Shown: positions 26,384-38,386 of the stretch, piece after piece
Position numbering within the stretch: position 1 is the first letter of the stretch
Layout of the letters: each line of letters begins with the position of its first letter
NCBI RefSeq assembly: GCF_964194155.1
Contig: NC_135903.1
Location: forward strand, 10,974,001 to 11,038,000
Direction: 5' to 3'
Source of the DNA: Cetorhinus maximus
Lineage: Eukaryota
Length of the DNA stretch: 64,000 bases
Position numbers and translations under genes: made by a program
Notes under the pieces: generated by a model
Told to the model about the DNA's origin: nothing
What the model saw: only the letters and a program-made list of their open reading frames with translations
Database searches by the model: none

Positions 26384-26405
26384 CCCGACAACATGAAGCT
26401 GCCTA
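26384..26405 (+). promoter_or_regulatory. Near-perfect miR-196 target (cleavage) site in the HoxB8 3' UTR
   Basis: CCCGACAACATGAAGCTGCCTA pairs with all 22 nt of the miR-196 at 9320-9341, with 3 G:U pairs. Confidence 0.92.
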
Positions 26406-26588
26406 TTTAAGCTTTAGCTATTTTAGATTGTGTTATTGTTTACGTCTTTGTTGTATTTATAAGATTCCTTTCTCAAAACTAGCATGTGCAGAAGTAAAGG
26501 TTGCCTTTTTTTAAACAGTACAAGAAGAAACTGGTCCTTAAGTTTTAACTGTGGGAGAAGTCTACTGTATACGTGAATTGCTTTATTT

Positions 26589-26639
26589 GGGGGAGATGGT
26601 GGGGTGGGTGGGGGGGTGGGGGGTGGGGGGGTTGGTGGG
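26589..26639 (+). repeat. G-rich tract (G-quadruplex-capable)
   Basis: Eight runs of 3 or more G separated by short linkers. Confidence 0.8.
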
Positions 26640-26998
26640 AGAGAAGAACCGGTGAACCATTAATGTTATACACGGGATTGGGCTATTGTTTGAACATGCA
26701 AGCGGCGGAAAAGGGTACAATAAACTTTACAAGCGAAAACAGAACTGTGAAATTGCTCGGCTTTTTTTTCCCTAAATTGAGTTTATTTGGATGAAAAGAT
26801 TTGGCAAAAGAGACTGTGCATATTTTGTCGAGATGGACAGACAGATAGATGGATAGGTAATATTGTTGAAAACTGAGCATTAAATATCAATAACACATTG
26901 CTATCGCACCTGACTCAATTTGTCTTTGTGACTTTTTTATTAGTGATCTGTTTATGTTTGCAGTTCACTTGACTCATTTGCACTCATAATTCCTTCTT

Positions 26999-27075
26999 CC
27001 CTCCCACCCCCACCTCCCTCCCCCCCCCAATCACCCCCCTCCCCCCACCCCCACCACCCCCCACCCCCCCAGCCC
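26999..27075 (-). repeat. C-rich tract (G4-capable on the minus strand)
   Basis: About 75 nt of C runs with 1-3 nt linkers. Confidence 0.8.
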
Positions 27076-27509
27076 ATTTAAAAAAGAGCAAGTTGAAGTT
27101 CATCTGGGGTGGTTGTGACTAACATTGTGTGCTGATACCTGCTTAGTTTGTTGGTGTATAAATAACTATTGTAGTTTTCGGAAAATAGGTCCCAAGTACT
27201 CTCCTCCGGCCAGTGATCCATATTATGGTAGATATCGATTATTGGAACTCAGAGTGCGCAATGTTAGAATACAACTGAACCTAAAGAAAGCTGTTTTGAC
27301 AAATGTGTTTTCCACTGTAAACTGAAGCAAGCTACAGGAAGCGAATTGATTTATTTAAATTCCCATCTAAATGATCGATCAACCCAGCCTATAAACTGTT
27401 TGCGTCCTATTCACCCCCTATTTAAAGTTAGTCACATTATGACTTGGATGCAGGAATTTTTCTTTTGATTGAGAGAATTTTTTTATCATCCAAAGAAGCC
27501 GCGGGTAGC

Positions 27510-27671
27510 CTGATTCTCATTGGCCCCCCGTGTCACGTGCCGGTGTCACGTGCATCGGGAGGAAAAAGGGGGTTCTTTTGGTGTAAATCTGGACTCTAAT
27601 TCCGTAATATATCACCGTACCTCGTAAAACCGACACTGAAACGTCCCGGCCTACAAATCACCAGCCAAATT
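27510..27671 (+). promoter_or_regulatory. HoxB7 proximal promoter / 5' UTR conserved block
   Basis: ATTGG (reverse CCAAT), two GTGTCACGTGC E-boxes, then GGTGTAAATCTGGACTCTAATT..GTAATATATCAC..CTCGTAAAACCGACAC..CTACAAATCA, as recalled for Hox7 leaders. Confidence 0.8.
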
Positions 27672-28071
27672 ATGAGTTCATTGTATTATGCGAATGCTTT
27701 ATTTTCGAAATATACAGCCGGAACTTCTGTTTTTCCAACGGGGGTATTTTCGGAACCAACTTCTTGCGCCTTTGCCTCAAACTCCCAGCGGTCGGGCTAT
27801 GGCTCAGGGTCGGCTTCTTACGCAGCCACTGTGCCGGGTTTGTACAGCACAGCCAACAGCCTTCACCACCAGACCCCGACCATGTACACGTCTCCTTATG
27901 GCCTCAACGCGAACTCCTTTAACATGCACTGCTCTTCATTCGATCACAACATCTCATCACTGATGTGCGGCGCTGGGGACTCCTGCAAGCAGAGTTGCAG
28001 CAAGTCGGAGCAAAGAGAGGCAGACCCCCAGTCCGAGAACTTCCGGATCTACCCTTGGATGAAGAGCTCAG
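27672..28071 (+). CDS. HOXB7: HoxB7 exon 1
   Basis: [14 protein letters not shown]...[12 protein letters not shown]. Donor TCAG|GTATGT. Confidence 0.97.
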
Positions 28072-28084
28072 GTATGTGAAAAGT

Positions 28085-28185
28085 CACATAAAATGAATTC
28101 TCTTAGAGGGACCGTCAATTACTTTATTGCATTATGGTGTCGTGTTCATTTATGACGCTCACGAAACAGGGTTATAAAATGCAAT
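28085..28185. promoter_or_regulatory. HB-1-like homeodomain/Cdx site cluster in the HoxB7 intron
   Basis: CATAAAA, CAATTACTTTATTGC, TTTATGAC and TTATAAAA just after the donor. Confidence 0.45.
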
Positions 28186-29453
28186 GCACTCCCCCCTCCC
28201 CCTGTAAGCAATCAAGTCGCTGACTTGGAAGTATATTATTAGCTCCATGTGACAAATTGTCAAATCTATCTTAAAATAAAATAGCAGACAGGGATCTTGC
28301 AAAGTTGTCCATTGTAGGACAACTCTGATTGCACACTTCAAAGAAACCATCATTTTTGTTCTCGCACATTCTCGCCAATCTGTGCTCTTAATTCCAACAA
28401 AAACAGTGTTGCACCCGGAATATCCCCTGAGACTTAACTCGCCCCTTTTTCCTTTTTCTCTTTATTTCCATTCATTGCAATTGCTCTTCGGTTCGAAGTT
28501 TCTTTCCGTCTGTCTAAGTTGCAACGTGCTTTGAGTGTTGTGATGCGGCTAGAAAGGGAGGGTGTAGTGGTAGGAGCCGGGAAAGGGGTACTGCTGGTGA
28601 CTGAAGCGGAATACATCAAGAATGGCAACAAGATGACAAATGGAGGCTCCAAAAAGTGCGCAAAAACTAGCATTAAATATTTATAAAGATATTTCAGTTC
28701 AGTGGGAATTACTTAAATGCGCAGCCTACCGTTGTGTTGGTCCCAGTCAAAACAATGCGGCAGTTTGTACATGTGTAACATGTAAGGTAAAGGAGGGAAG
28801 TCGGGGGCGGGGGGTGGGGGCGAGGTGGGGAGCCCTTAGACAATTCTCCCATCTTAGCAGCTCTTTCCAACCAGGCAAGTGAGAGGCTTCTTTCAGTGCC
28901 TGCTCCACATTTGCATTATTTTCTCCCGAATGTTGGCGAAGTGCAAAGTTGCGGACTGTTTACTGAATTTGGAAATTGGTGCTTTCCTGCACAACTGTGC
29001 AGACAAAGTGAACCAAGCTGCGCTTTCAAACAAATCGCAGTATCCATTTTCTAACTACCTGTCAGTTTCAGGTTACATAACATTAATTCACCAAATGCAG
29101 ACTGCGGCGAGGATGTAGGACAATGATCATCTATCAATAGATTCTAGTTGTGAAACTAATACAAGCATTCTTGTTTCAAAATAACAGTTAAATAGAAAAT
29201 TAGAGTCAATATGCTTTTGAGTTTCATTACATGACAGTTGTTTCAGGCCTGTAAGTGCTGTGTAAACAATTTAAATACTTCCCTGTACAGCGTCATCCTC
29301 CGTCTTTCTTTATCAAGCATTGATATAAACTTTAATATTGATTGTAATCAGTTTCCGACACTAATTTATTGTATCTGTCAGGGGGATATTCTGGGTATTA
29401 TGTTGAAATTAGTGGCAAAAGTAGTGTAGGAATGAACAATGCTGAATTTTTAG

Positions 29454-29771
<318 letters not shown>

Positions 29772-29883
29772 AGGGGGGGGAGAAAAACAAACTTCTAAAA
29801 ACTCAAAAAGAAGCATAAACTTAGAAGACTTTTTTGAACAAATGGAACAAGTTGTTCCTCATTTCTTAACACTGAAACAGAAT

Positions 29884-29891
29884 ACTACCTA
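29884..29891 (+). promoter_or_regulatory. miR-196 8mer seed site in the HoxB7 3' UTR
   Basis: ACTACCTA, complementary to miR-196 nt 1-8. Confidence 0.75.
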
Positions 29892-30335
29892 AATCTGTAA
29901 CAGTTTTACTTGTAGTTTGTTTTGTACAGATTAGAGGGAATAACCCAAATCTATATTGTACAAGTACAGTTATATATAGTCTGTGCGTTAGCTTTTTTGA
30001 TGTGGTGAACTGTGTTACTGTAATTAGCTTTGCTTTATCCGGTGTATTTAAAGGAAAACAATGTCAGTGACTTTATATTTGTTACTGTATTGATGTAATT
30101 TCTTGTCATTAAGAATAGTTTCCAAAAAGAGCTGTGTGTAACCCCAACCCGTGTACAGATTATTGACATGTGTCCCGTATAAACTCATGTTATAGTTAAA
30201 TATATAAAATGGTGTTCTGGTGGAAGTATTGAGTGTAACTTCTCTGTACATTTTTTGCTATTTAAATATGGACCATTATGTTTGCTCAGTTGAAATTTCG
30301 CGCTTTAGTTATGAAGGATGTAAACTGTTCTGTGA

Positions 30336-30341
30336 AATAAA
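30336..30341 (+). terminator. Candidate HoxB7 poly(A) signal
   Basis: AATAAA followed by U/GU-rich sequence. Confidence 0.55.
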
Positions 30342-30396
30342 ATTAGGATTTTTTTTTCGTTATTGTGTTTTTCTATTAAAGTTGATGTTTTTTGCG

Positions 30397-30417
30397 ACAC
30401 ACACACACACACACACA
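30397..30417. repeat. (CA)n microsatellite
   Basis: Direct reading. Confidence 0.85.
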
Positions 30418-31614
30418 GACAGTTAGAATCACAATCTAGCCCTCAACGAAAAGATATAATGCCGAGAGACAGAGTTTAAGAGTCAGGACCAATTCCTCGA
30501 TCAGAACAACCCAATTAAAGGAATATTTTCTCTTGGACTCATTTCGAGTTTTGTGCTCCAGTGTATAACACTCAAGCCTTCAAAAGCAGCTTTCCTGATT
30601 AAACAATTCCACGCAACAAAGGCACTGGAACCACCCCGAACGTTTTCGTGAGAGTTGGAAACCTATCTAAATAAAGCGACAGCACTCTGTGAAAAGAATG
30701 TAGCCAGGTTAAGTGTCGGATAAGACGGAAGAGCATTTCAGTAATTTAACAGTTGCAGAATTACTATTAAACGATGGATTTAACATGTGCATTGTACGTA
30801 ACTGCCCTTTATGCATCTAACATGTATCCCTCGCCAATGAAATATTTCAGTGGCAAAGCGAGTAAAATATTCTTCCAACACACAATGAAAATATATGAAA
30901 TTGTTAGGGGCATTTTGACACATACAGACACACGATTGAATTTTTAAAATATATTAATTAACTAGTTCTGATGTTAAAATATTTAAAAGTTCTCTTAATA
31001 TATTCTTAGGCGCATTGCGCCAAGTAGATAGCGGCGGTGAGTCCAGTCAATTAAGCAGGGTCACCGAGATTCAGGTCGGTTTATCTTCGCTCTTGTCCTT
31101 TTCAATTTAGAGTATATAGGACGAGTGAATCCGTCTGATTTGATCTGGAAATCCGTATATTATGGTATTAACGATGCACTCTTGTTCCTCCAAAAAGAAA
31201 AATCAAGATAACATGAATTAAAATTAATTTGGGGCTGATCATTTTTCAAACTATGAAAACCGGCTTTCAAAACGAGCCAGGTAAATTTCGTTAAACGGAA
31301 CATTTTATTCACTTAACGACAAACCGAATTAATAATTCCCATCGTCTGTTTCTGTCGGTTTCACGTAAATCGCACGAATAACAAAGGCGCGGAAAAGGAA
31401 GAAGTCAAAGGACTATTTGATTTTCGCAAAAGCGATTTTTTTTTAAAGTTTCTATAGCTACCCTGCTTTCTGTTGAAAAGAGGCGAATATGGGAAGCAGG
31501 CAGAGAATGGGGGGGCTTATTTGATGTGGTTTGTAATAAAAAATAGATAACCCAGGCAAACAGTGCCATTTTGTAAGAAAACATTTAATAAAAATATTCT
31601 TTTTACCATTTTGC

Positions 31615-31830
31615 TTTAGCACAAAACATGGCGGCGAGGGGGCCTGTTGTTGGTAGTCATGAAGAAATGCAATAAATTCCTTGTTGTTTTATGAAAATTT
31701 ACAACTTTGTGATAGAACTTTATGAGTGGATCGGTCCTTCGATTGGCCGCTGCCGGTCATGTGGATAGCAACCGTGAACATGAACTTTTTATGATTTCCC
31801 ATGTGAGTATATTGCAGTATTCTTTTGGCC
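31615..31830 (+). promoter_or_regulatory. Highly conserved Hox7-Hox6 element (distal HoxB6 promoter region)
   Basis: AACATGGCGGC (YY1-like), GCAATAAATTCCTTGTTGTTTTATGAAAATTTACAACTTTGTGATAGAACTTTATGAGTGG, ATTGG plus GTCATGTG, and AACCGTGAACATGAACTTTTTATGATTTCCC. Matches a recalled ultraconserved block with paralogues in other Hox clusters. Confidence 0.8.
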
Positions 31831-34800
31831 ACCGTACCTTGGGTCGGTCCTGTGTCCTCCTCAGGGCTTCTATAGGTTTTTTTTTTCAAACTTTGATAGT
31901 TACTATTGGAGGTGCAAACACACACATAGGCAGAGACAGAGACACACACACACACAAACACGCACACAAAGTAAACAATACTTTTTTTTTTGCAATCTAC
32001 CACTTGTCTGTCGATTGGGAATTTCAGCGATGGATGGAGTGGCGCAAATCTCAATGATGTGGATGATATCATTTTTCAAAGAGGCTCGAATTCCGATTTC
32101 CGTGTAAATGACTGATACATGAACCCCGGTTAGTCTGCGGCCGCAGGTTAACCGACGGCTATCAGTTTGGGACAATATTGTTCGTGAAAAAAAAATCGCG
32201 CTGGTTCCAAAGTGAGAGAAGGATGATCGAAACAAAATCACAGATGCTGTTGCAAAGGTAAGACGAATGTTAGGACGTATTTTCCAATTGATTTTTGATA
32301 ATTGTATCAAATGATTTTGTCCAGAATTTCAGCGAAAGATGTCACAGAAAATAGGGACTTGTTGACGTCAGTTAGAAAATATATTTGTTGCATTTTATTC
32401 TAATGAATCTGTGTTTAGAGAATGCAATTTGAATGAGCTGTGGAAAGTTATTTCTTCAATTTAACTGGGAGACCGCAAGTTTTGGGATTGCTATTTTTCC
32501 GCAAGCGATTCTGTTTCACGGGTCTGTTGTATAATTAGGGAACCAGTTATCCAGAATAGCTGTGGTGTGTTGACAAACCTATAATTGTGTTCGGGGACGA
32601 ATTTTTCTACATTGTAAGGTTAAATGAGCTTCGCGATTGTTAATCTTTTCTCGAGGGTCGCTCATTACGTGAATAATTTTATCCAGGACAGCAATTAGAA
32701 CGGGCAATGTCACCGAGGCTGACGCACTGACGTATTTTATTTTTGTTGTAATAGTAATATTTCCTTCCATTGTGCTTCACGATTGTTAATAATTTGATCT
32801 GAGCCGAGCACTTGATGCTGGAGTTACAAATTCAAACGTTTACAATATGCGACAGTTGTTTTTTTTCTGTTGGGCAGCATTAGGGTTTCAGCTTACACTG
32901 TTAGTGGATAACAGTCCGATGATATAATATAAGATGGCGTTTAGTTGACCGTGGTTTAGAATGTTTAGCAACCAAGAGGCCCAGTAGTTCTGCATTGATA
33001 TAATATAAATCTATCAGCGTTTTAGCTGTTGGGGGTGTGGGGGGGTGGTGGGTAGCGGTGGTTGCTGGGTGAGGAGGCGGGATTTGTTGCTCTCTGCTGC
33101 CACCTTGCGTTTCAATCGGCCGAGGAAGTCGGAAAATAAGGAGCAAAAGGGACATACTGCATTTTGTCTGCAGAATTTGCTGCATAAACGAGCACCGATG
33201 ATGTATATTGTCGATGTGTGTGTGGGTGCATGCGGATTATATATATGTGCATATCAAGAAATCTCTAAGTTCGCAGCGATTTTCATTATTGGTCTTTTAT
33301 CAAGTTACATATTTGCTTTCCCTTTATTTCTGTCTCTCTCAATGCAACAATTGCGCTAAGTAGAATCGAGCTACGAACGTTTGTGATTTTATTTCATTGG
33401 CGATTCTGTTCAAAGAAAAAAATGAAATCCGAGTATATGTAAAAGAAAAGATACAGTACACTGTAACCTTGACGCAGAGATGTGCCCGAATGTAAATGCA
33501 TTGTGATGGTCAGGGTCTCTCTCCCAAACTCTCTAATAGCAACCAATTCTTATTAAATAGAAATGCTGTAGACGAAAGGTTATTGGTGAAATCGAATTTT
33601 GTGTCAAGTTTAATCTGCAGCTGAGACTTGTAAAATTCCTGTGCAAACAGATCTCATAGGAGTAAATTCCTGGCCACATCCGATTAGCAGGAAATTGCTA
33701 GCAAGGCCCGAATTTGCTATGCATCCCTGGACAGATAGCAATGCTGCAATGCTGTTATGTGTATGACCCTTCCTTTGTAGCGTAACCAGACCGGTTACAA
33801 ACGAATTTCTGCCTTTAATGTCCCGACGTATAAACAATAAACACGATCCACAGAACTTCCATCACCCCGTTTAATTTTACCTTCCCACACTTTCAAAGAA
33901 GATTTTATACCCTCTTCCTGACAAAGATATGTTGAAATTGACACCGAAAGTAAATGGCGATTTCGATGGCCAGTAAAGGGGAACATAGTCGGGGTGGTTA
34001 GGACTATCTAACTAAGATTTAAACCTAAAACGTTTGGTGAAATGAGCAAATATAAAATTTTCTATTTTATAAAATATATCTTATTCAATAATTAAAACTC
34101 AGGTGGAAACATGTGCATGTTTAAATGGCAACTATTAAATTTCTTGGAAACCCAGCTTTGGAATAATTGTGCTCCGAATAAGACATAGTGTTACAATATT
34201 TGTCACGTCTGGCTTTAGAATTCTACATCTATTTTCCTGAATTTATTTTTTTTGCATAATTATGAATAAATAAAATAAACGTACATTGATTGGAACTCAC
34301 CCTTTAAATTTATAAGGCTTAAGGCAATAATATCATGCAATATCAATCATTTTAAAAATAAGAGCGAAAGTGAAATAAAATCAATTTAAAGTTACAATAA
34401 AAATGTGTACTTGGGTGTCAAGTGCCTAAGCAAGAAGAGAAAGAAGGTTTATCAAATAAACTAAACATCAGATAGCAACTGATTTCAGTCGGTTGCCCCC
34501 GTATATTAACGTTCTTAGAAAGGTTGCAAAGTGAATCCAAATCCTTCTTATCACTGCTCAAAGTTTCCTTGGAAATTAGAACAATGATTTTTTTTAAAAA
34601 GCCGCTGCTTTACGTTGGAGACGCTTGGTTTGAATCTAGGGACTGGCCGCATTTACAGGCAATTCCAAACTGGGACTCTCTCAGGTGGAAAAAGTTTATC
34701 CACTTCTCCTTTAATTATACTCTCTCACCATGCTCAAACCACCATGTTTCTCGAACAAGAAAACAACCCCGCTTCTGAAAACGAGCCAGTACCAAGACAT

Positions 34801-36602
34801 GAGTTTTTCTTTAATTTCTGCCATGTGCTCACTAATCAGTTTATGATTCTTTGAAACAGATGTTTGAAACCAGGAAGTGATGCCTTCCAGAGGAACTGCT
34901 AAAAATAAATCCTTAAAGTCCAACACAAACTCTCTGACACTTGTAGCATTTAATAGTTATAAATGGTAAAATAATTATATCTATTCAAAATATATTTATG
35001 CATTTTTATATAAAATGAAAATGGCTAAAATTGTTTTTTAAAGAAATTGCTAATCACGCAGGCGGACACAACGTATCTGCATATTTTTAAAAAATAAATA
35101 CCGTATGGTGAATTTCACAAGTAAATCTAAAGCGGTAAACGTAAAAGGGTTGAAATTTGAACAAATACACATTACGAATTTCAAATATTACAATGCAAAA
35201 TATTTTATTTCTATAAGGCATAGTTTAAAAGTACAACATAATATGAAATACAGAAATCGGAAGAACAAACTTTCAATGATATCTGAAGTACTGCGCACCC
35301 ATCTGAATATGTAGGAGTTTCCACCTCGTGCACTCCTGAATATCGCCCAGCTATCTATGAAGCACTTAACACAACTGACTTTAAATACTATTCATACCTA
35401 TATGTTAAAAATTCGGAACTAGTCTATCAATTGTGTACTCACTGAGATAAACAGTTACATATCTCCACACTTTAGTCAGCGAAAGTCCTTCTTGCTGCTT
35501 TTGGACGCAACCAACGTTTTACTTTGCAAAGGCGGCAATTGTCTAACGGGTTGGGCTTTTAATGAATTTTAAACTATTTTCTGCATTGTTCTGTATTTGC
35601 CTTTTTTTTTAGCATTCTTTAAACATGCTCTTCACAGGTGTTATTCCGGAAATGTTAAAATATAAAATTGGAGGTTCCTCGCAGTGAGCGTTCTGCGTCC
35701 TACTCCGCTGATGATTCCCTTTCGGGTGTTTGGTTTAGTTGCCTTTTCTTTTTGGAAAGTTTCTTCCGTTCGTTTTGTGGTTTCAATTAAAGATTAAAAG
35801 TTCGTGTTTTGATCCCCTTTTCTGGTGCCTCAAAGTTAAACCGCATCGCTGAACCACATTCTTACACAGAGAGAAAACTGTAACACAAGCACAACAAACG
35901 ACTATCAGGAACTCTGGAGTGCATAATATACAAGCCACCAAGATATTTCTATACATTCAGCACAATATGCGAACGAAACTATTATGGTGAATATCATCCA
36001 GAGCTGGAAATATTGATGGAAACATCTTATATGTAAAACGTACCGAATGCATCTTGAATTTCACAATCATATTACAAGCCAGACCAGCAAGAAACATAAA
36101 ACCGACCTCCGATTGAAAAAGGAGAAAGCAATAAAATTGAGTTAATAAGTGTTTAGTGCATTATTATCTGAATCCACGGATACTGCGTGGCGTTTTATTT
36201 TGCTTGTTTGTTTAGTTTGAGTGGGCAAATTATTTAGCTGTTTGCACAGGCGCTTAAACAGATGCAGAACTTCAAGCATTCTTATACATCGGATTCATTT
36301 CAGTACAGAATGAATCTGAAGGTTATGTGTTTCTGTTGATTTTTTTTCTCTCTGTGTTTGGGACTTTTTCCCATCACATGTGCCGGTTTCTGCTAGCGTC
36401 TCTGATTCATGGATAAGTCCCTCATGGGTGCTATTTTCCTATCAAACAGTATTGCCATTGGTCAGTCGATGATCAGATGGTTATATTTCCTGCTGTCCTT
36501 TCTGGCACTTGGCCATCCCGAATCAAACCCATCTCGCTAACTGCTAATAGCACAGGCACTTGGACCAATACACAACAAATCATAACAGAGCACAGCCAAC
36601 AA

Positions 36603-37035
36603 ATGAGTTCGTATTTTGTGAACTCCACTTTCCCCGCGACTCTTGCCAGTGGGCAAGAGTCATTCCTTGGGCAGATTCCGTTATATTCCTCCGGTTACGA
36701 CCCTTTAAGACACTACCCGGCCACATATGGGGCTACAAGCATGCAGGATAAAAGCTACCCGTCACCCTCTTACTACCAGCAAGCCAACGGAGCATACGGG
36801 TGCAACCGGACACCCTGTGATTACGGTGCCCCTAGTTTTTATCGGGAAAAAGACCCTTCATGCAGCGCCTCCTCCAACAGTTCCAAATACCACTCACTGG
36901 AAGATCCAACGCATTATAACCCCGAACAACGCAAATTCGAGAGTGCACAAAACAGAATTTTATATGGCGAGGCGGATGATCAGAAGAGTTCGCTCCCCGT
37001 GTACCCCTGGATGCAAAGAATGAACTCCAGTGGTG
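36603..37035 (+). CDS. HOXB6: HoxB6 exon 1
   Basis: [39 protein letters not shown]...PVYPWMQRMNS. Donor GGTG|GTAAGT. Confidence 0.96.
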
Positions 37036-37497
37036 GTAAGTTTACACCTTTATACTTTTTGTTTTACATATTTGTTGGAAAAAAAAACTTTTTAAAGCAA
37101 GTTTACAATGAACTTAGCAAGAAAGAGATGAGCAGCTAAACCCTTAAACCCCTTTCTTAGAAAAGAAAATTAAACGTTCGGTTATTTCTTTAATACCTTT
37201 CACATTAAATTATGAGTTGCTGCATATTTTGAGATACTGAATAATTCATTAAAACTCGACGTTTGATACAGGAGATTAATATGTATATGTATATAAAATG
37301 CAATGCTGACCTTTAAATATGAGGCATGATCTGTTACTTTTCTTCCCATAAAGATTTTACTGTACAGCCAACAGGCCCACCGGTTATAAAGCCTTAATCG
37401 AACAGAATGTAACCATACCATGAATGGAAATCATTATTTAGTGTTTTCGGATCGAAGGTGCTCATCAAACAGTTTATTATGAAACTGAGTAGTTTAA

Positions 37498-37926
<429 letters not shown>

Positions 37927-38380
37927 AAACAAGAAGAAACAGAAAGAAAAGGGAACGCTATGCAGTTCTTTAATTAAAAAATGAATAATGAATATTAAAG
38001 TTTACATTTTGTTTGCTGTTGCGCACCAGTGGAGTTGTACATTTCTGTATTTGTTGTGAGATTTATTATAAAGTTATGCATTCCTTTGGTCTAGCCAAGC
38101 AGGCAATGTTTCACATTGGTGTCAATAGTTTAAAAAGACTAGGAGAACTCCATGAATTCTGCATCTCAATTGAGTTGTTGCAATATTGTGATTTTTTTTT
38201 GACGTTCGTCTCAGCTCTCTAGTTAATGATGGTGTATGTTTTGTGAAATGTGAACAACTATTTTTGATTTATTTTATCTATGTACGCGTGCGTGTGTGGA
38301 AATGTGTGTGCGTGCTTGTGGAAATCACACAATGAGGTCTAAATATTGTATTTTGATTGTTTTCGTAACGGAGCGAGGAA

Positions 38381-38386
38381 AATAAA
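38381..38386 (+). terminator. Candidate HoxB6 poly(A) signal
   Basis: AATAAA followed by a U-rich downstream element. Confidence 0.5.

Noticed and set aside
31018-31036. Weak CTCF-like motifs (also about 6415-6432 minus strand and 15112-15125)
   Set aside because: Two or more core mismatches; needs a PWM scan or ChIP.
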